DNA of 31,041 bases from the IMG/VR virus record IMGVR_UViG_3300009103_001962, positions 1 through 31,041 of that record. The stretch is one strand, 5' to 3'. The notes under the pieces were generated by a model that was given only the letters and a program-made list of their open reading frames with translations, made no database searches and had not been told where the DNA came from. The DNA is from a virus (lineage: Duplodnaviria; Caudoviricetes). Position numbers and translations under genes: made by a program. Positions 25,423 through 31,041 of the stretch are shown here, piece after piece (the first letter of the stretch is position 1; the number at the start of each line of letters is the position of its first letter).

Positions 25423-26558
25423 TGCATTTTCTTGAAACATACGCACTTAATAGTGGCCTAAAGATAGACAAGCCGTTTATTTTCGAGAAGTATCACCCAG
25501 TGGGGTTTGATGATTACATAGTTTTTAGTCATAAAAGCTACGAATATTTTCAAGACGTTATAGATATTATTTCACCACTCCTGAAAGACACGCAAATCAT
25601 TCATCTCCAGAGGCATGCTGGAGAATTTGTAGACTGTCATAAAATCGCGGGAATAGACTTCAACCAAGCCGCCTACTTGATAGGTAGAAGTAAGCTTTAT
25701 TTTGGCGAGCCATCAATTTATACTGACCTAGCTTCTCACTATGGGGTAAAGACAGTCACAACATACTCTAATACCTTTCCCCAGAACGCGTTCCCATACT
25801 GGGGCTCTAAAAAAGACTGCCAAATTTCAATAGAAAGCGACCAAAAACCGCCCTTTGGATCTTCAGCAGAAAATCATAAAATACTAAACTCAATAAAGCC
25901 AGAAGAAATAGCTAAAAAAATTCTAGAGGCTCTAAAGATAGAGCATTCTCTCGACTACGAAACAATTTTTATGGGCACACTGTACCAGAGGAATGATGTT
26001 ATCGTTGAAATTGTTCCAGATAATAATCCTCCAGTTTTAATGGACAATCTTGTTTGTTCGGTCAGAATGGATCTAAAATTTAACGAAGAATATCTTTATG
26101 AAATTTTAAAATTAAGACCACACCAAGTGTGGACTAAAAAATCAATTCATGAAAATATCCTAGAAGAACTAAAAGACAACATACAGCAAGTATTTTACAT
26201 AATTACAGAAGATGATGACCCAAGCTTCCCAAGGCTCTTGAAAAATTTATCTATCAAAACAAGACTAGTAACGTATCTAGACGAAAAAGAATTAAACAAA
26301 AAAAAGCTAGACTATGTAGACCATGATCCAATTTTTAACCTTAACGAAGAGAAAAAAAGATTTGAAAACGTACAAATAAATAATTTATTTTATTCGTCCT
26401 GCAAGGCACTCTATGAAAATGACACTTATTATCCTAGTGACTATGCTAGGGCTATGAATTTACCAATCGAAGACCTATTTGAAGCTAGTAAATTTGAAGA
26501 CAATGAATTGCTTTTTAAGGATTTACGTTATTTTAAGATATCATCAGAACAGGGTTGA
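25422..26558 (+). CDS. Glycosyltransferase (GT9 C-terminal half)-like protein
   Basis: QAAYLIGRSKLYFGEPSIYTDLASHYGVKTV and SIKPEEI resemble the GT9 nucleotide-sugar domain; TAATG-coupled. Confidence 0.55.
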   Translation: MHFLETYALNSGLKIDKPFIFEKYHPVGFDDYIVFSHKSYEYFQDVIDIISPLLKDTQIIHLQRHAGEFVDCHKIAGIDFNQAAYLIGRSKLYFGEPSIYTDLASHYGVKTVTTYSNTFPQNAFPYWGSKKDCQISIESDQKPPFGSSAENHKILNSIKPEEIAKKILEALKIEHSLDYETIFMGTLYQRNDVIVEIVPDNNPPVLMDNLVCSVRMDLKFNEEYLYEILKLRPHQVWTKKSIHENILEELKDNIQQVFYIITEDDDPSFPRLLKNLSIKTRLVTYLDEKELNKKKLDYVDHDPIFNLNEEKKRFENVQINNLFYSSCKALYENDTYYPSDYARAMNLPIEDLFEASKFEDNELLFKDLRYFKISSEQG

Positions 26559-26582
26559 CAATTTTAAAAAACCCTGTATACT
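26555..26582 (+). promoter_or_regulatory. Sigma70-type promoter, leaderless transcript
   Basis: TTGACA-16 nt-TATACT, ATG 6 nt later (26589); the -35 contains the upstream TGA. Confidence 0.8.
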
Positions 26583-26588
26583 TAAAGT

Positions 26589-27311
26589 ATGAAGCTGAAG
26601 GAAATAAAGAGAGACAAAAACGGATTAATCTCAGGAGGTTCCGTCAATTACATATTCAATGATAACGGCTTCATAGATTGGCGCAGGATGATAAAAACAG
26701 AGCACCTTGTCCCAAACCTTCAAAAAACCAGTGAAAGAGATGTTACAAAGCTAAAAGACACAGAACTTATTATTCTAATCGCAGGAATTAAAGAGCTGGC
26801 CCAAGTCAGGGGGTATACAGATGTACGCTACGACGTAACTTCCCCCTCCAAGGATTACGTTATTGCCTCCTGTAGCGTAAAATTTATTCCCAATTACGAA
26901 ACAGAAGGCAAGGAAGTTACCTTTTCTGCCATAGGTGATGCTGGACCCCACAACACACATGGCTTTGGTCAAGCGTTTTTAGGCCCCATGGCTGAGAACA
27001 GGGCGTTTGTTCGTTGTGTCCGTAATTTTCTTAAGATTAATATTGTTGCCAACGACGAGTTGGAGAAGATGACGTTTGCGAAACCATTCTCTCCTCAACC
27101 AGCGAGCGCACCCCTAGAGGAGGACAGCCCGCCTTCTCCAGTTGCACTACTTAAAAAAGTAATGAGCGAAAAGAAAATCAACTTTGATAGACTCAAAAAA
27201 AGACTTGAGGATGAAGACTACGAAAAGGCAGATTCTATTACTTGTGTGGAGCAAATACCGAAGGCTAAAATTTTTGAACTAATTGAGAGACTGAAAAAAA
27301 TTAAGTCTTAG
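26589..27311 (+). CDS. Rad52/RecT-superfamily-like single-strand annealing protein
   Basis: GIKELA...FSAIGDA...MAENRAFVRCVRNFL helix motif, then a Pro-rich linker and a small C-terminal domain. Confidence 0.55.
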   Translation: MKLKEIKRDKNGLISGGSVNYIFNDNGFIDWRRMIKTEHLVPNLQKTSERDVTKLKDTELIILIAGIKELAQVRGYTDVRYDVTSPSKDYVIASCSVKFIPNYETEGKEVTFSAIGDAGPHNTHGFGQAFLGPMAENRAFVRCVRNFLKINIVANDELEKMTFAKPFSPQPASAPLEEDSPPSPVALLKKVMSEKKINFDRLKKRLEDEDYEKADSITCVEQIPKAKIFELIERLKKIKS

Positions 27312-27529
27312 TCGAAATGTCCCTCCCTTTCTTTTATGTCTTTTATTATATTATTTTTAATTTTTATTGAAACTAGTTTGCCAATTCTTCCTACCTTTTT
27401 CTCGTGAGTGTTTTTTGCGCTTGAGTATAGTTCTTCATACTCATTGATACTTTTATCAACGATTTCTAGCACCCTTAGCACAGAAATGTAGGGAGTATTC
27501 ATACAAACAGCCTTCTCTTGTTGGTTCAC
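27308..27529 (-). CDS. Hypothetical protein
   Basis: 73 aa, GTG start with GTGTAA 9 nt upstream; stop overlaps the convergent gene's stop. Confidence 0.55.
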   Translation of the reverse strand: MNQQEKAVCMNTPYISVLRVLEIVDKSINEYEELYSSAKNTHEKKVGRIGKLVSIKIKNNIIKDIKEREGHFD

Positions 27530-27552
27530 TGGTATAAATTACACTTTTTTTA

Positions 27553-27744
27553 TTATTTGATTTCATACTTTATTCTTCTATCCCAGATAAAACCTTCTTC
27601 ATATAGATAATTTATTATATTAGTGACCTCTTCTTCCGTCGAATCTTTTTTTAAGATAATCAAAGAGTCTTCCATCCAAGCGCCACTTTCATCAGTATTT
27701 AATAACACTGATATATTATTAATAACTAAATCTTGTTGTTTCAT
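27553..27744 (-). CDS. Hypothetical acidic protein (63 aa)
   Basis: ATG at 27744 in TAATG overlap with the upstream gene; MKQQDLVINNIS...YLYEEGFI. Confidence 0.6.
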   Translation of the reverse strand: MKQQDLVINNISVLLNTDESGAWMEDSLIILKKDSTEEEVTNIINYLYEEGFIWDRRIKYEIK

Positions 27745-30068
27745 TATGTTCCGCACGTATTACAATCGCAGTCTTCTCCAGCTTGCGTCCCTGTACAGAC
27801 AGCGTAAATTTCCGCTGTTGCTGCTGGTGGAGACGAGGGGTTAGTGTCTATTATTCTTACGCAAATTTGGGCGTTGTTATCACATATAGTCACTATGGCA
27901 TAATCATTGTTCGATACGGTAAAGGTGTTGGTGTTATCGCAAATGTATATTGTAGGTCCAGTTGCTGGTCCCCCGTTTGACATCTCATTTACTGTACATT
28001 CTTGTGCTTCTATGGGGCCGCTTCCGCTTGCATCACAGCAACCAGAGGGGCAGTCACCAATGTTACAGGTTAAACCAGCTCCCATACTACTGCCGCAAGG
28101 TGCTTCCCACGATGCTTGCCAAGGCTTGATCACGTTCGACGGAGCGCCAGTGTTGTCCGCTTCTGCCCAACAGGAGCCGCCGCACTCTGAGCTTGTTAAT
28201 TTCCATTTGGTGTTAATTGAGTCATACCACACATAATAATCTAATCCTCCAGCGTTCTGATTCCAGTATTGCGTTTGGCTGTTGCATGTTGTTGCACAGG
28301 GCGGCGCTGAGGTGCTAGGACAGGAGACAAACGTAGTTAAAATGGAAGAGTCATTTCCGCCTGACCAACCTCCATCACTGAAGCAGAATGATTCAGGCGC
28401 GGGAGTTGTTGTTGTTGTTGTTGTCGTGGTTGTTGTGCAGCTACCACTCACATTAAACGCGCTTCCGCCATATGTTACCCACGAAAGAGAAGGATCCCAA
28501 GGCTGCGTACCAGCAGTAGTAACTGAACTGTATCCAAAGTTCTGGCTTCCACCAATCCCGCAACTACCACACATGGAGAAGCCGGGGGCAGCGCACGCTG
28601 CAGCGCTTGTCAACATCCATCTATTTAATCCGCTGTCATACCAAATTATAAACTTCAAGCCACTAATACATGGAGGATTAGAAGCGTTATTCCAATACTG
28701 GGGTTGTCCACCGCATGTTGATGTCGGACAAAATTCAGTCCAAGTATCAACATTTATACAAGGGATTGCGTTTGGATCAGCTGACTCGTACCAATTTTCT
28801 ACACAGAATGTTGCTGGGTTACATGTTGTTGTTGTTGTAGTTGTCGTTGTGGTTGTCGTTGTGGTTGTCGGACACTCATCACAATCGAGGCATGGGTCTT
28901 TTATTTTTTCGCAATCACAACAATCTCCATCTTTATCCACCATAAAGGTTGCATACTGATAAGGGGGGCATGTTGTTGTCGTTGGTGCGGCAGTTGTCGT
29001 GGTTGTCGTCGTTGACGGCGCTCCACAGCAAGAATCATAAAGAGAGCCCAGTGCTTGCCAGAGTTGCGGTGTAGAACTCCTTCCAACACAGGGGTCTGCA
29101 TTTGGGTCTGACCCTAAATGATTTTGTATGCATTCATAAGCGTTAGTGACCCCAGAACATGTTTGGCAAACCCTGTCACCAATAACTCCATTTTTAATTG
29201 ACCAATTAGGAATAGGTGGAGTACATGGGTCTGCTGTCGTCGTGGTTGTAGTTGTCGTCGTTGTCGTGGTGGTCGTAGTTGCTTCCGGACAACAGCTTTC
29301 GCCAGTCTCACAACCACACGTGTCAATAGATGGATCACATACTGATGTTAGCTTAAAAGCTGGGGCTGTTCGCGCCCCTTGGTCATCGTTCGGATCAAGA
29401 GATTGAACACCATAACAGGCAGGGTTGGCATCGTTACAGTCTGTAGCACAAACAAAGGCTTGACCAAACCCCGCCCCATCAATCGCGGCTTGGATAGCCC
29501 CGCTGAAACTCGCAACGCACGCATATTGTGGAGGCCAATAGCAACTATTCCAGATGTTATTTGGGTCAGCGTTATTACAGTCGGTTTCGTTGGTGTATTG
29601 TGGCAGATCTACATAGTTTGCATCCATGCAACCATCATGACCAAATATTTCAATAACATCACCCGAACAACATGGGGCGGCTGTGGTAGTCGTAGTTGTC
29701 GTAGTTGTCGTTGTTGCCCCCTCACAAACAACGCACATGGGGTTGTTGGCCGTGTCGCAGGCATCCTGACATGCCGTACAACTGTTGTGTACAGACAGAA
29801 TAACGCCCATGTGCATGCCGAAGGAATACGAGCATGAGCCCCACAATGCTTCGTCACAAATATCTTCGCACCCAGACTCAGAGGCGGAGCACACTACACC
29901 GCATTTCTGTTCGCCGCTTCCGACATCTTCCCATAGCACGATGTCGCCATACGTAGAGCCTTGGCCACCGTTGGCTACCGTGTCATCTTTAATTCCTACC
30001 TGTGGGGTATATGCGCAGGACCCAGCGCACTGAGGATTCAATTGGGCTACTGATACATAATAAGCCAT
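27744..30068 (-). CDS. Cys-rich protein with five poly-Thr linkers (putative virion fibre/adhesin)
   Basis: 774 aa; AAGGA upstream; Cys-rich modules separated by Thr runs encoded by mixed ACN codons; duplicated QYWN..WYDS..WxLTS..PW module. Confidence 0.8.
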   Translation of the reverse strand: MAYYVSVAQLNPQCAGSCAYTPQVGIKDDTVANGGQGSTYGDIVLWEDVGSGEQKCGVVCSASESGCEDICDEALWGSCSYSFGMHMGVILSVHNSCTACQDACDTANNPMCVVCEGATTTTTTTTTTTAAPCCSGDVIEIFGHDGCMDANYVDLPQYTNETDCNNADPNNIWNSCYWPPQYACVASFSGAIQAAIDGAGFGQAFVCATDCNDANPACYGVQSLDPNDDQGARTAPAFKLTSVCDPSIDTCGCETGESCCPEATTTTTTTTTTTTTTTADPCTPPIPNWSIKNGVIGDRVCQTCSGVTNAYECIQNHLGSDPNADPCVGRSSTPQLWQALGSLYDSCCGAPSTTTTTTTAAPTTTTCPPYQYATFMVDKDGDCCDCEKIKDPCLDCDECPTTTTTTTTTTTTTTTCNPATFCVENWYESADPNAIPCINVDTWTEFCPTSTCGGQPQYWNNASNPPCISGLKFIIWYDSGLNRWMLTSAAACAAPGFSMCGSCGIGGSQNFGYSSVTTAGTQPWDPSLSWVTYGGSAFNVSGSCTTTTTTTTTTTPAPESFCFSDGGWSGGNDSSILTTFVSCPSTSAPPCATTCNSQTQYWNQNAGGLDYYVWYDSINTKWKLTSSECGGSCWAEADNTGAPSNVIKPWQASWEAPCGSSMGAGLTCNIGDCPSGCCDASGSGPIEAQECTVNEMSNGGPATGPTIYICDNTNTFTVSNNDYAIVTICDNNAQICVRIIDTNPSSPPAATAEIYAVCTGTQAGEDCDCNTCGT

Positions 30069-30079
30069 GTTTTACTTCC

Positions 30080-31041
30080 TTACGGATTTTGCCAACCCGA
30101 CGTGCATGAATCAGGCGGTCGACCCCTAACTAAGAATACGTAATTTTTTTGTTCGCCGTTTTCACAAAGTGAAATACATTTCTCTGTATATCCCGGGGGC
30201 GGACTTACCCAATCCCAGCCTTGGTGTCCTTGATAGCCTTGGTGTCCTTGGTATCCTTGATGTCCTTGATATCCTTGGTGTCCTTGATAGCCTTGATATC
30301 CTTGATATCCTTGATGTCCTTGATATCCTTGATGTCCTTGATAGCCTTGATAGCCTTGATAGCATTCTCCAAAGCATATCATCGTGTCCCCGGTTATATT
30401 TGATACAAAATATTCGTCCAAGTCTTCGATGATTAATCTGCCATTTTCGATTCCAGCCAGCCCGGAAGACAGCTGATTTCTGCCACCTGAAGCAAGATGA
30501 TCGTAAGATACACAAACTCTTTCTTTTTCATTCGTTGCGCAGCTTGAACAACAATCACATATTTCCCACCCGTAACTTTCACTGGGGCCTGCTGAGAGAC
30601 CTGCTGGATCGTTTGCTCCGCCTGAGGTGCTTGTGTCAACCACCTTATAACAAGCTCCGGCGTAAGAAACAACTACATCAATAAGCCAATAGTCAGGAGC
30701 AGTAGTACCCATTTCGTCAGCAAGAAGACAACTAACTTCGCTTGGATTACACCACTCTCCACCATTTACATTTGGATAAGTAGGATCACAACAAACACAC
30801 TCTGAGAAGCACTCAGGGTCAGGTATGTTACTAATTGCTGTCGATATTTCATTTGTGCTTGTCGTCCAAAGTGGTGGATTTGAATCAACAATTTCCCTAC
30901 AAGCCGGGCAGCCTCGGTGTCCTTGGTGTCCTTGTTTTCCTTGGTAGCCTTGGTGTCCTTGGTACCCCGCTCCTTGATGCCCTTGGTATCCTTGGTGTCC
31001 TTGTTTCCCTTGATAGCCTTGGTGTCCTTGGTGTCCCGCTC
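30080..31041 (-). CDS. Collagen-like (G-X-Q) Cys-rich protein, 5' truncated by window
   Basis: The frame of ORF 30080..30712 stays open to the window end: ...AGHQGHQGYQGKQGHQGYQGHQGAGYQ...GHRGCPACREIV...LADEMGTT... Confidence 0.85.
   Translation of the reverse strand, partial: AGHQGHQGYQGKQGHQGYQGHQGAGYQGHQGYQGKQGHQGHRGCPACREIVDSNPPLWTTSTNEISTAISNIPDPECFSECVCCDPTYPNVNGGEWCNPSEVSCLLADEMGTTAPDYWLIDVVVSYAGACYKVVDTSTSGGANDPAGLSAGPSESYGWEICDCCSSCATNEKERVCVSYDHLASGGRNQLSSGLAGIENGRLIIEDLDEYFVSNITGDTMICFGECYQGYQGYQGHQGYQGHQGYQGYQGYQGHQGYQGHQGYQGHQGYQGHQGWDWVSPPPGYTEKCISLCENGEQKNYVFLVRGRPPDSCTSGWQNP
30218..30362 (-). repeat. 9-bp coding tandem repeat, GGN-(T/C)AY-CAA (G-Y/H-Q)
   Basis: About 15 consecutive GYQ/GHQ triplets. 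Confidence 0.9.
30911..31041 (-). repeat. Second 9-bp coding repeat block (G-H/Y/K-Q), runs off window
   Basis: ccttggtgt-type units on the + strand with GA interruptions in the protein. Confidence 0.85.

Noticed and set aside
27907-30033. Plus-strand ORFs with poly-Val runs (e.g. 28282..28959, 29146..29406)
   Set aside because: Antisense shadows of the poly-Thr/Cys-rich gene (ACN codons read as Val codons on the other strand).
30162-30515. ORFs with LDILD/SLI/SRT repeats
   Set aside because: Alternative frames of the 9-bp collagen repeat.
30747-30752. GTGTAA upstream of the annotated start at 30712
   Set aside because: Lies inside the continuing reading frame and 34 nt from that ATG; other intragenic copies (about 11332, 18555) were likewise ignored.
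30218-31041. Tandem repeats as a possible CRISPR array
   Set aside because: 9-bp in-frame coding units with no unique spacers.

Overview
The window is gene-dense and AT-rich and most likely comes from a large dsDNA bacteriophage. This is an inference from compact, overlapping ORFs, divergent replication genes out of bacterial synteny, many ORFans, and collagen/Cys-rich putative virion genes. In order it holds: the 3' end of nrdA and a class Ic (Mn/Fe, tyrosine-less) nrdB; a minus-strand cluster of membrane/lipoprotein genes with a signal peptidase I; RecA; a complete tmRNA with a 35-residue tag, followed directly by a non-canonical tRNA-shaped RNA; a Vsr-like nuclease, DnaB and a Toprim primase. 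An accessory island follows, with an HPPD-like dioxygenase, an aldehyde dehydrogenase, a MotA/ExbB + ExbD-like channel module, several micro-ORFs and a lysine-6-/saccharopine dehydrogenase. Next are a RecB-family nuclease, a split Pol III alpha (separate PHP gene, two inserted genes, DnaQ-like exonuclease, catalytic core), a putative SSB, two glycosyltransferase-like genes and a Rad52/RecT-like annealase. The window ends with a minus-strand block of a Cys-rich poly-Thr protein and a G-X-Q collagen-like protein. Two promoter-like motif classes are visible: six sigma70-type promoters with a fixed 16-bp spacer, mostly giving leaderless or near-leaderless mRNAs, and a GTGTAA motif 8-12 nt before other starts. 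All family calls come from motif recognition by eye; no database search was run.
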